A stretch of DNA of 27,163 nucleotides from a virus (lineage: Duplodnaviria > Caudoviricetes), in IMG/VR virus record IMGVR_UViG_3300044676_007137, positions 1 through 27,163 of that record. One strand, written 5' to 3'. The position numbers and the translations under genes were made by a program. Shown one piece after another: positions 9,565-16,960 of the stretch (within the stretch, counting starts at the first letter, position 1; every line of letters starts with the position of its first letter). The notes beneath the pieces are model-generated. The model saw nothing but the letters and a program-made list of their open reading frames with translations. It did no database searches and had not been told where the DNA came from.

Positions 9565-10170
9565 TTAAACAGTATCTATAACTTTAAATATGTTGCTAAA
9601 TGGTGCATCACTATTAGGTTTCAACACTTTATATTCGACTGTGATTGTTACCTTTTGTGGTGCTTTAGCATGAACCATTGAGAAAGCCCCAATGTTCACT
9701 GCTCTAGGAACTTGAATGTCCCTAACTTTTCCAGAACCAGCTTCATCTGTTCCTGGTGCATTAACTCTTAACAATAGACCATACTCTAAGAATGAATCTG
9801 TTGCTGGTGGAGTTAATGTTGAATAACCTTCTTCTGGTGCAGAAGTAGCGATTGTTCCACCTGCCATAGCGAGTTTTAAGTTCGCTAATGAGGCCTGTGC
9901 AATTTCGCCTGTTACTCTAATTTCTTGTGCAGTTTTGATTGTCTTAATTGGATCAATCTCTTCTGCAACCATGACATCTTCAAATGTCTTGTCATATTCT
10001 AATGAGAATCCACCCTCAGAATAACCTATATCTGTCCAATACGAACTGTCTGGACCTGCTGAAGGATTTGATGGGAATGTCGCGTTAGGACTTACACCAT
10101 TCAAATCTGATTCAAGTACAGTATATAGAGTACCTGTTCCGAGTAAAACCTCTGTAATACTTTGTGCCAT
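9565..10170 (-). CDS. Major tail (tube) protein, 201 aa
   Basis: LLGTGTLY...WTDIGYSEGGFSLEY motif typical of siphovirus tube proteins; size and synteny fit. Confidence 0.9.
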   Translation of the reverse strand: MAQSITEVLLGTGTLYTVLESDLNGVSPNATFPSNPSAGPDSSYWTDIGYSEGGFSLEYDKTFEDVMVAEEIDPIKTIKTAQEIRVTGEIAQASLANLKLAMAGGTIATSAPEEGYSTLTPPATDSFLEYGLLLRVNAPGTDEAGSGKVRDIQVPRAVNIGAFSMVHAKAPQKVTITVEYKVLKPNSDAPFSNIFKVIDTV

Positions 10171-10204
10171 TACTTATACCTACCTATAACTTATGAGGAA
10201 CTTG

Positions 10205-10483
10205 TCATTCCTCTTCTTCTATTACTAAATCGGCATCCTCAAGTTCAAGCTCTTCCATCTTATTTTTGTCATCTCTGACAAAGTTTTTTACCTCTCCCAT
10301 ACCTTCTTCTTGCTCTATAAAAGTCGGAAGTAGAGTATCTCCCTGCTTGGTTCCAGCTTCTTTCATCCTTTTCCAATCGGCAGATGATACTTCTACCCAA
10401 TCTTTTCCAATGATAAGATCGAGTTTTTCATCTCTTATAGCGTCAAAATCTCTTATGTAAGGGTTTAACTTAATTTTTTTCAT
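10205..10483 (-). CDS. Hypothetical acidic protein, 92 aa
   Basis: TAATG-coupled to the upstream gene; no recognised motif. Confidence 0.75.
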   Translation of the reverse strand: MKKIKLNPYIRDFDAIRDEKLDLIIGKDWVEVSSADWKRMKEAGTKQGDTLLPTFIEQEEGMGEVKNFVRDDKNKMEELELEDADLVIEEEE

Positions 10484-10932
10484 TACGCTTCTCCATAATA
10501 CATACCTACATTTACAGTATAGCGTGCCAAATCGTTGTCTGTATTATCTATCCTGTATGGACCTTGTATTGGATTAAACCCATGTACTCTTCCATCTTGT
10601 CCTGTTATTGAGTATTTTTTACCTGGAAAATCAAATGCACAACGAACAAAGGCATTAGCTAATTCAAATGCTTTTGCGAAATCAGGAGTTCCTTTGTTGT
10701 CGTCTGATCCATACTTACCTGCATAACAATCTACATCAATACTTGCTAACCATAAAGGGGCACCATTTATATTTTCTGCAGTTGCTGAATTTAATAATAT
10801 AACAGCAAAAGGTAGTGTTGCATTTGAAGGCAGCCTTGTAGCTATTCCTGTTCCAACAATATCGGATATTAAAGTTTGATCTAGAGCCCAAGTTCTAAAC
10901 AATACTTCTGAATCTGGTAAATTAATTGCCAT
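10483..10932 (-). CDS. Tail terminator / tail completion protein, 149 aa
   Basis: RLP...LPFAVI...IDVDCYA...ARYTV pattern; position just before the tube gene. Confidence 0.8.
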   Translation of the reverse strand: MAINLPDSEVLFRTWALDQTLISDIVGTGIATRLPSNATLPFAVILLNSATAENINGAPLWLASIDVDCYAGKYGSDDNKGTPDFAKAFELANAFVRCAFDFPGKKYSITGQDGRVHGFNPIQGPYRIDNTDNDLARYTVNVGMYYGEA

Positions 10933-12026
10933 TACTTAGCTACCTGTATTGGACCTGTAAATATTTTGTTGTTATCATAAGCCTCTTTAAATGGGTTAGT
11001 TCTAAATTTACCACCGAGGAATGTTTCTACATTATATTTTGGTGTCTCGTGATATATTTCGTATAACGCTCTTCTAACCATAGCACCTTTATTGGTGTTC
11101 TTCTTTGACCTGTCAAAAGGACCTCTATTATCGTTATTATAATAACCACCAAAGAAAGTATCTCCATCAGGTCTAGGGCCTGTGACGCTTCTTAAGAATT
11201 GGAATCGTTTAGGAATAGGAAGTAAAGCATCCATGAATCCTGTTTCTTTGTTAAAGCCTTTATTTATACCAAACTCTACAACCCAAGGATAAGGAACATT
11301 TGGATCAGGCATAGGTTGTACATTACCAATTTTTATCAAATAGTCTCCTGTATCTCTAGAAGAGTTAGATCTTGTTTTTCTCATTACAAGAGAGTTGATT
11401 AGTCTATCACTATCACGCGGAGTTTTTTCTCCTATTTTTTGAAAGATATATTTTGCTAATACTTCAGCTCTATCTTCAGATTGCATATTCATTCTATCGA
11501 AGTTAGCAATCATTCTTGTAGAGACTGCACCTGGTCTTAATTTTTTGACCATTCTATCTAAAGTTATTGTTGCATTAGCACCAACAACAGACCTAAGACT
11601 ACGAGTTCCAATATTACCAAAATAACTATGACCTGCGGGAATAACACCTATAATTTTACCTGCAACTTTACCACCTACTCTTCGCATAGCTCTTTCTCCT
11701 ACACCTGCAACCTTAAATCTATCTGTTTTCTTTTCAAGAGTATTTTTTAAAGCATTGAAGTCTCCAATAGACCTACCTAAGGCTAAGTTGTATCTGTTAA
11801 GTTTTCCAAATACAGGAAGAGGTAAAATACTTTGTGCATCTTCTAGTGCTAAAGAAAGTGTATAAACAAAGCTTCTTGTATCATTCAAGTCTCTTGGTAA
11901 TTCGAATTTATTTATTTCTGAGTCTGTATAGATTAAATACCTATTCATAGCCCTGTGAGTTTTTGTTAATCTAAAACTTCTTAGAGACCTACCAATAACT
12001 GCTTGTTTTATCTTTGGTTTAGCCAT
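10932..12026 (-). CDS. HK97 gp10-like neck/tail completion protein with long basic N-terminal extension, 364 aa
   Basis: TPRDSDRLINSL and YPWVVEFG match the P-x-D-T-G-x-L-x-x-S and Y-x-x-x-V-E-F-G motifs; lies between head closure and tail terminator. Confidence 0.7.
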   Translation of the reverse strand: MAKPKIKQAVIGRSLRSFRLTKTHRAMNRYLIYTDSEINKFELPRDLNDTRSFVYTLSLALEDAQSILPLPVFGKLNRYNLALGRSIGDFNALKNTLEKKTDRFKVAGVGERAMRRVGGKVAGKIIGVIPAGHSYFGNIGTRSLRSVVGANATITLDRMVKKLRPGAVSTRMIANFDRMNMQSEDRAEVLAKYIFQKIGEKTPRDSDRLINSLVMRKTRSNSSRDTGDYLIKIGNVQPMPDPNVPYPWVVEFGINKGFNKETGFMDALLPIPKRFQFLRSVTGPRPDGDTFFGGYYNNDNRGPFDRSKKNTNKGAMVRRALYEIYHETPKYNVETFLGGKFRTNPFKEAYDNNKIFTGPIQVAK

Positions 12027-12373
12027 TAGTAGCCACTCTGAACTATTAGCTGTTTATAGAATGAATTACCAAATCTATCTTTGACATTTTTTACACCAAT
12101 AATATTCCATTTTTTTGAATCGTATACGATTCTATCTTTAGTTGTTACATCAGTAACAGCAGGAACAGTGATTCTTAATGTTATTAAATTTTGCAATAAA
12201 CCATCAGTGTTTTCTTCTGTAGTGTCTCCTGAAAAAACTACTCTTGCTTGAACATTTGAAGAACTTGATGAGAATGCAGTACTAATATTACCTCTGTCAT
12301 CAAGTGTTTCGCTTCCTGAAAGTCTTTCTATGTCAATTGATTCGTTTAATAAAGCTGTTGTTAATTGTGGCAT
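12026..12373 (-). CDS. Head closure / head-tail joining protein (SPP1 gp16-like), 115 aa
   Basis: DDRGN...DVTTKDRIVYDSKKWNI pattern, size and synteny. Confidence 0.85.
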   Translation of the reverse strand: MPQLTTALLNESIDIERLSGSETLDDRGNISTAFSSSSSNVQARVVFSGDTTEENTDGLLQNLITLRITVPAVTDVTTKDRIVYDSKKWNIIGVKNVKDRFGNSFYKQLIVQSGY

Positions 12374-12379
12374 AAATTA

Positions 12380-12388
12380 ATTATAACA
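12380..12388 (-). promoter_or_regulatory. Extended -10 promoter (TGT-TATAAT), probably leaderless, for the neck/tail operon
   Basis: Perfect TGnTATAAT with a 6-nt spacer to the ATG at 12373; no SD sequence in the spacer. Confidence 0.65.
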
Positions 12389-12409
12389 TTAAGGAATAGC
12401 CCAGATAAA

Positions 12410-12472
12410 GAAAATAGTCGGTGTCCTGATAAAACCTTCACTTTCGTGAAACTTTAAACACCGACCACTTTC
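12410..12472 (-). other. Long RNA hairpin with GAAA tetraloop (terminator or small structured RNA)
   Basis: 15-bp outer stem (12410-12424 with 12458-12472) whose two mismatches are G-U pairs on the minus strand only; inner stem UUCAC-GAAA-GUGAA at 12437-12450; U-rich 3' side. Confidence 0.65.
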
Positions 12473-12493
12473 AAATCAGATAGTATATTAATA

Positions 12494-13312
12494 CTAGCCG
12501 AATACTTGTTGATTCTCTACTGTTGTGGGAATATTGTCTAAATCTTTTTTAAGATTTATAAGACCTTCATCATAAGCTTTTTTCTTCCAATCTCCTAAAA
12601 GATTAAGTTCAGCTCTTCTTTGCATATCATTTTCTATAGAGTTAGCTTTAACAAATCTATTTTTCCATTTTGAATACGCTTTACCATAATGAATACAATT
12701 GTATTGAAGTCCTGTACTTGTCTTTCTTGACCTGTGAAAAAAACTTGCAGGTAGCATTCCTGCTTCTCTATATATAGAACACTTCTTTTCTTCTACAGTT
12801 GCTTCAGGAGTGTTTCTTTTATTGTAATAATACTGAACTTGTTTTATGTCACACTCTTTGCATTTGAGCATAAGTTTATCTCTTCCAAATTTTGATTTAT
12901 AAAATTTTGATACAGGCAACACTGTCTCGCAGGAATTACACATTTTAGTAGTAGGGAAGTAAGCATTCTGATAAGCTAACTTCAAAGCTCTGTTTACTTG
13001 TCTCCGAAGTTCATCATTTTCTTTCATCCATTTTTCTAATGTTCTTATTCCAAAGTTTGGTATATGAGTAAATAATCCTGCGTTTAATATTCCATTACTG
13101 TTTTCACAAGCAGCAATAACTTTACCGAATAACTCATGATCAAAAGCTTTAACTGTTGGAAGACCAAATCTAACTCTGAACTGTCTAACTCTTTCTCTTG
13201 AAACTCCCCATTCATTACCCCATTCTGTATTGGTTTTAAATGGTTCTTGTTGTAAAAAACTTACTATTTCGTTTTTTGTTAATTTTTTTGGTGTGTATGT
13301 TTTACTTTCCAA
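12494..13312 (-). CDS. Putative DNA-binding protein: sigma-region-4-like HTH plus two Zn-ribbon-like repeats, 272 aa
   Basis: WGVSRERVRQ (sigma70 region 4-type recognition helix); KMCNSC...KFY...KCKEC and a degenerate copy KKCSIY...FFHR...YNCIHY; TTG start with GAGGAG RBS. Confidence 0.7.
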   Translation of the reverse strand: MESKTYTPKKLTKNEIVSFLQQEPFKTNTEWGNEWGVSRERVRQFRVRFGLPTVKAFDHELFGKVIAACENSNGILNAGLFTHIPNFGIRTLEKWMKENDELRRQVNRALKLAYQNAYFPTTKMCNSCETVLPVSKFYKSKFGRDKLMLKCKECDIKQVQYYYNKRNTPEATVEEKKCSIYREAGMLPASFFHRSRKTSTGLQYNCIHYGKAYSKWKNRFVKANSIENDMQRRAELNLLGDWKKKAYDEGLINLKKDLDNIPTTVENQQVFG

Positions 13313-13339
13313 ATTTGCTCTCCTCTATTAGTATTAAAA

Positions 13340-13383
13340 AGTTTAACATATCCTTGCACAATTGCAAATTTTATGTTTATAAT
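13340..13383. promoter_or_regulatory. Back-to-back sigma70-type promoters sharing a palindromic -35 region
   Basis: Plus strand: TTGCAC(13354)-18 nt-TATAAT(13378). Minus strand: TTGCAA-16 nt-TAAACT, with TG in the extended -10 position. TTGCA-caat-TGCAA at 13354-13367 is an inverted repeat. Confidence 0.6.
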
Positions 13384-13411
13384 TAAGTATCAGATAGAAG
13401 AAGGAGATATT

Positions 13412-13642
13412 TTGGTAGAAATACCTTATGTCGATACTGCACCTGCTTTTGAGGATGAGATAATCCACAAAGGAGAGTTTATGATACATGTGAGGTGGAA
13501 CCCTTATATGAGCTCTCACGAAGCAGATGTGTTCAAAGTTAAATCTGTAGGTACTAAACAAAGTTATGCTTTGATCGGTACAGGGGCAGGTAAGTCTAAA
13601 AAACTAGCTTTGGCAGACGCAGAAATGCTTATTATAGACTAA
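13412..13642 (+). CDS. Hypothetical protein, ~76 aa (the track starts it at 13373)
   Basis: AAGGAG at 13401-13406 precedes an in-frame TTG at 13412; the tracked ATG at 13373 lies inside the promoter. Confidence 0.65.
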   Translation: MVEIPYVDTAPAFEDEIIHKGEFMIHVRWNPYMSSHEADVFKVKSVGTKQSYALIGTGAGKSKKLALADAEMLIID

Positions 13643-13663
13643 CTATCAAAAACAAAGGAGAAT

Positions 13664-14203
13664 ATGATAGCTGAATGTATGCTATTTTTAGCAAGTTTTT
13701 CGCCTCCCTTAGTAGGCACAGAAACTGAATTTATCAATAAACATTTAGAATGCAGACAAGAAATACCTCAAAAAATGAGTCAATATTCTGATTTATACCT
13801 TCAACATTTTGATTTTGAAAATATTGATACAGCAGTAAGAATTGGGTGGTGCGAAAGCAGGGGAAAAGATACTGCATATCGTGAGGACAATTCCGATTCA
13901 GGCGTTATGCAATTTGTTCCTTGGACCTGGAATTGGGTTGCTGAGGAGTATGATCTACCTAGGTGGAATGAGTGGGTAGTCCTGTATCATGGGCAACCAT
14001 ATACAGGTCCCACTTCCAAAACAAATTTTGGTTTTGAATTCAAAAAAGTACAATTCACTCCTTATTACAACATTTTATTTGCCTCTATACTTGCAGAGGA
14101 TATATATGGAAAAACCCAATGGAGAGATTGGTCTTCAAGCGAGTGGTGTTGGTCTAATGTAGTTGAATGGGAGAAAAAATGGAAAAAAGAAGAAAACATG
14201 TAA
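13664..14203 (+). CDS. Lytic transglycosylase / lysozyme-like (SLT family) peptidoglycan hydrolase, 179 aa
   Basis: RIGWCES (catalytic Glu-Ser), GVMQFVPWTW, PYYNI..A and W..W..C motifs; hydrophobic N-terminus; AAGGAG RBS. Confidence 0.8.
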   Translation: MIAECMLFLASFSPPLVGTETEFINKHLECRQEIPQKMSQYSDLYLQHFDFENIDTAVRIGWCESRGKDTAYREDNSDSGVMQFVPWTWNWVAEEYDLPRWNEWVVLYHGQPYTGPTSKTNFGFEFKKVQFTPYYNILFASILAEDIYGKTQWRDWSSSEWCWSNVVEWEKKWKKEENM

Positions 14204-14233
14204 CCTTTTTTACTTTGGAGTTGTCTAATTAGT

Positions 14234-14770
14234 ATGATTGAATTTCCAAATAAAAAATATAAAATAATTTACGCAGATCCTCCATGGTCTTATGACGATC
14301 CCTCTAAGAATAGAGGAGGTGCTGTTAGACATTATCCTACAATGTCTATTGATGATATTTGTAACTTACCTGTAAAAGATATAGCCGATGACGACTGTAT
14401 TTTATTTTTATGGACAACATTTCCTAAATTAATAGAAACAATACCTTTATTTGAAGCATGGGGTTTTACATACAAAACTAATGGATTTACCTGGATTAAA
14501 AAAAACAAAGTATCCACTGATACAAACTTTTGGGGAATGGGTAGGTGGACTAGATCTAATGCAGAAATATGTTTGATTGGTGTTAAAGGTAAACCGAAAA
14601 GATTAAGTGCTGGGGTTCATAGTGTCATAGAAAGTCCTATTGAAAGACATTCAAAAAAACCTGATATAGTAAGAGAAAAAATAATAGAACTTGTTGGAGA
14701 CCTTCCTCGAATAGAATTATTCGCTAGGAATAAAAGTGATGGTTGGGATACTTGGGGTAATGAATCGTGA
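14234..14770 (+). CDS. MT-A70 family amino (N6-adenine-type) DNA methyltransferase, 178 aa
   Basis: IYADPPW, HYPTM, LFLWTT, AWGF.YKT..F.W.K, GMG.WTRSNAE, HSKKP, RIELFAR, GWD.WGNE: the full motif set. Confidence 0.93.
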   Translation: MIEFPNKKYKIIYADPPWSYDDPSKNRGGAVRHYPTMSIDDICNLPVKDIADDDCILFLWTTFPKLIETIPLFEAWGFTYKTNGFTWIKKNKVSTDTNFWGMGRWTRSNAEICLIGVKGKPKRLSAGVHSVIESPIERHSKKPDIVREKIIELVGDLPRIELFARNKSDGWDTWGNES

Positions 14771-16377
14771 AAATAGGAAGTTTATTTAGTGGTATAGGTG
14801 GTCTTGATTTAGGTATAGAAAGAGGTCTTTCTGACTTTGGTGCTGAAACTGTTTGGCAAGTAGAGTTTGATGAGTACTGTTGTTCTGTTTTAGAAAAAAG
14901 ATTTCCTAGATCACAAGTTATTAACAAAGATATTAATGAAGTAAAGTTTGAAGACTTAGAACCTGTCGATATGCTTATCGGTGGTTTCCCTTGTCAGAGT
15001 TTTAGTTACGCAGGTAACAGGAAAGGAATGAGTGAAGAAGATGAACGAGGAATGTTATGGTATCAGTTCGAAAGAGCCATTAGCGTACTTAGACCAAAAT
15101 GGGTTGTGGCAGAAAATGTCAGAGGACTCCTCACAGCCAAAGACGATCAAGGAAACAAAGGAGGAGCTTTCGCAAGAGTTGTTTCTTTCCTTTCCGATAG
15201 CGGGTATAGTGTTGAATGGCAAGTTGTATCAGCAGCCTCGGTTAATGCCTCGCACCTTAGAGAAAGAATATTCATCGTGGGAAACTCCGAACACTATGGA
15301 TTACTTGAAACCGAGAACAGGGGAAGCTTTGGAGAACGCTCTTTATCGTGGAGACAAATCCAAGAAGAGCAAAAGAAAAAGCACAGGGAACCTGAGGGAG
15401 AATCCAAAATTGTGGTCAACACCAAGAGCGAGTCAGGCCTCGAAGCCGATAAACAAACAAGCTCCATCAGTGAAAGCAGGGAAACATGGATCGACTCTAG
15501 AGCAGGACATGGGGGAGAGAAATCCAAAACTTATTGGGAAAAGATTGAACAGCCAATGGGTATCACTACTTATGGGTTTCCCCGCGGATTGGCAGGAGAT
15601 TTAGGATTACCCAACTATTGGGGTTATAGCAACGACAATATGTGGAGAACTCCAACCTTAGCTGATTCAAAGAATGACGCTTTAAAACACGCGACAAAAC
15701 TACTTCAAGGAAAAGACAAAAGAAGCTCAGGACAAAGAATACAAGTTGCTTTAGCTGACCAAGTAGCAATATCTGAGATTATAGAAAATCCTGAATTGTT
15801 TGAACAATACAAAGATCATTTAATGGTAAGAAGAGATAATTTGCCTACTCAAGAAGAGTTTGTAGATTACTTGAGAACTGTTACTTCAGCAAAACAATTA
15901 TTTGATAATACTGAAGGTATAAAGAAATCTACTATTGAACATTGGTTTAGAAGAGATACCTCAGGTTTTAGTTATCCAAGTATTGAAGATTGGGAAATGA
16001 TAAAACCTTATTTAAGTCCTTTGAAATTTGATAAAGAACTTACAGAAGTTACTGATATTGAATGGAAAAGAGATAAGTGGCAAACACCCTTAGTTTCTAG
16101 TAGTAGACCAAGCACAACAAGAATAGCTAAAGGTATAAATCCAAAAGGTCAACTTTCAGAAAACCCTGGAGTCTATACAGAAGAATATCTTATAGAGCCT
16201 TGGGAAACTGTTCCAAGAACAATAGAAAATGAAGAAGACAGAATAAATAAAATCAAAGCACTAGGAAATGCAGTTGTTCCTGCCTGTGCTGAATTTGTTG
16301 GTATTTGCATTGCGAACTCTATAAAGTTCGGTATACTTGTGTTTGATAGTATATATGAAAGAGAGAACAAAAAATGA
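14767..16377 (+). CDS. C5-cytosine DNA methyltransferase, large (alpha) chain, 536 aa
   Basis: Motif I FSGIGG, IV GFPCQ, VI ENVRG, VIII RERIF, X KALGNAVVP; no canonical motif IX in this frame; GTGA overlap with the MT-A70 gene. Confidence 0.93.
   Translation: MKIGSLFSGIGGLDLGIERGLSDFGAETVWQVEFDEYCCSVLEKRFPRSQVINKDINEVKFEDLEPVDMLIGGFPCQSFSYAGNRKGMSEEDERGMLWYQFERAISVLRPKWVVAENVRGLLTAKDDQGNKGGAFARVVSFLSDSGYSVEWQVVSAASVNASHLRERIFIVGNSEHYGLLETENRGSFGERSLSWRQIQEEQKKKHREPEGESKIVVNTKSESGLEADKQTSSISESRETWIDSRAGHGGEKSKTYWEKIEQPMGITTYGFPRGLAGDLGLPNYWGYSNDNMWRTPTLADSKNDALKHATKLLQGKDKRSSGQRIQVALADQVAISEIIENPELFEQYKDHLMVRRDNLPTQEEFVDYLRTVTSAKQLFDNTEGIKKSTIEHWFRRDTSGFSYPSIEDWEMIKPYLSPLKFDKELTEVTDIEWKRDKWQTPLVSSSRPSTTRIAKGINPKGQLSENPGVYTEEYLIEPWETVPRTIENEEDRINKIKALGNAVVPACAEFVGICIANSIKFGILVFDSIYERENKK
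15032..15604 (+). CDS. Overprinted C5-MTase small (beta) chain carrying motif IX, ~190 aa
   Basis: Open +1 frame fully nested in the MTase gene; ends RLNSQWVSLLMGFPADW (motif IX-like); contains two WxTP modules; AAGGA precedes GTG 15032 / ATG 15041. Confidence 0.85.
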   Translation: MKKMNEECYGISSKEPLAYLDQNGLWQKMSEDSSQPKTIKETKEELSQELFLSFPIAGIVLNGKLYQQPRLMPRTLEKEYSSWETPNTMDYLKPRTGEALENALYRGDKSKKSKRKSTGNLRENPKLWSTPRASQASKPINKQAPSVKAGKHGSTLEQDMGERNPKLIGKRLNSQWVSLLMGFPADWQEI

Positions 16378-16475
16378 ACAGATTAGAGCGTAGAGCTGCG
16401 AAATCAAAAAAGAAACACAGATATCAGGGGATAAGTAAGACACAAGTCCTACACCCAGGTGTCATAGATAGATAA
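16374..16475 (+). CDS. Basic microprotein, 33 aa (MNRLERRAAKSKKKHRYQGISKTQVLHPGVIDR)
   Basis: Translated by hand; ATGA overlap with the MTase stop; next ATG follows its stop directly. Confidence 0.6.
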   Translation: MNRLERRAAKSKKKHRYQGISKTQVLHPGVIDR

Positions 16476-16604
16476 ATGAAAATAAAAATTATCTTGAACA
16501 GTGGTGGGGAATTTGTAGATATACATTTTATAGATCCACCTATTCACATTCCTATGGATGTAGAAATAGTTCACGAAGATGATCTTGAAGCAGAGGAAGA
16601 ATAA
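16476..16604 (+). CDS. Acidic microprotein, 42 aa (MKIKIILNSGGEFVDIHFIDPPIHIPMDVEIVHEDDLEAEEE)
   Basis: Translated by hand; abuts both neighbours with zero gap. Confidence 0.6.
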   Translation: MKIKIILNSGGEFVDIHFIDPPIHIPMDVEIVHEDDLEAEEE

Positions 16605-16847
16605 ATGATTAGTACATTAATAATTGTCATGGGTATGACAAGTTGGGGGCAAATGGCTCTTGAAATGAGTATCCTCGCAGACATGATGCACAATATGGGC
16701 AACCAACAAGAAGTAGTTTACAACTATTGGTGTGATGGTGTTAGGTGTGATGAGTATGGACACGATGGTTACGAAGGAATACCTGAAGACTGCACTACTG
16801 AAGAAGAGGAAAATGGATCATGTGGTTTCGGTTTAGTTCAACCATAA
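16605..16847 (+). CDS. Small protein with hydrophobic N-terminus and Cys/acidic C-terminus, 80 aa
   Basis: GAGGA RBS; MISTLIIVMG leader; four Cys in the acidic tail. Confidence 0.7.
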   Translation: MISTLIIVMGMTSWGQMALEMSILADMMHNMGNQQEVVYNYWCDGVRCDEYGHDGYEGIPEDCTTEEEENGSCGFGLVQP

Positions 16848-16960
16848 ATAATTTATTAGATTCGTTCATAGAAAGAGCTATGTTTAGCTATGAATTGTGG
16901 AAATGGGAGAAAGATAAAAGAAGCGAAGGATTTCCTAAAGAATGGTTTGAAGAAGAGTAA
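16820..16960 (+). CDS. Microprotein, 46 aa (MWFRFSSTINNLLDSFIERAMFSYELWKWEKDKRSEGFPKEWFEEE)
   Basis: Translated by hand; GAGGA 9 nt upstream; fills the gap exactly up to the convergent stop at 16961. Confidence 0.55.
   Translation: MWFRFSSTINNLLDSFIERAMFSYELWKWEKDKRSEGFPKEWFEEE

Noticed and set aside
10266-10726. Plus-strand ORFs 10266..10460 and 10535..10726
   Set aside because: Antisense to well-supported, coupled tail genes.
12475-13397. ATCAGATAG 9-mer on both sides of the HTH/Zn gene as a target-site duplication
   Set aside because: Short and AT-rich, with no terminal inverted repeats or transposase; compatible with chance.
15290-16240. Long MTase insertion as an intein or intron
   Set aside because: No C/S...HN splice motifs, LAGLIDADG or HNH signature; explained by the overprinted chain and repeated modules.
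13343-16443. Short minus-strand ORFs within the plus-strand cassette
   Set aside because: Antisense to motif-bearing genes with no motifs of their own, unlike the nested sense ORF 15032..15604.
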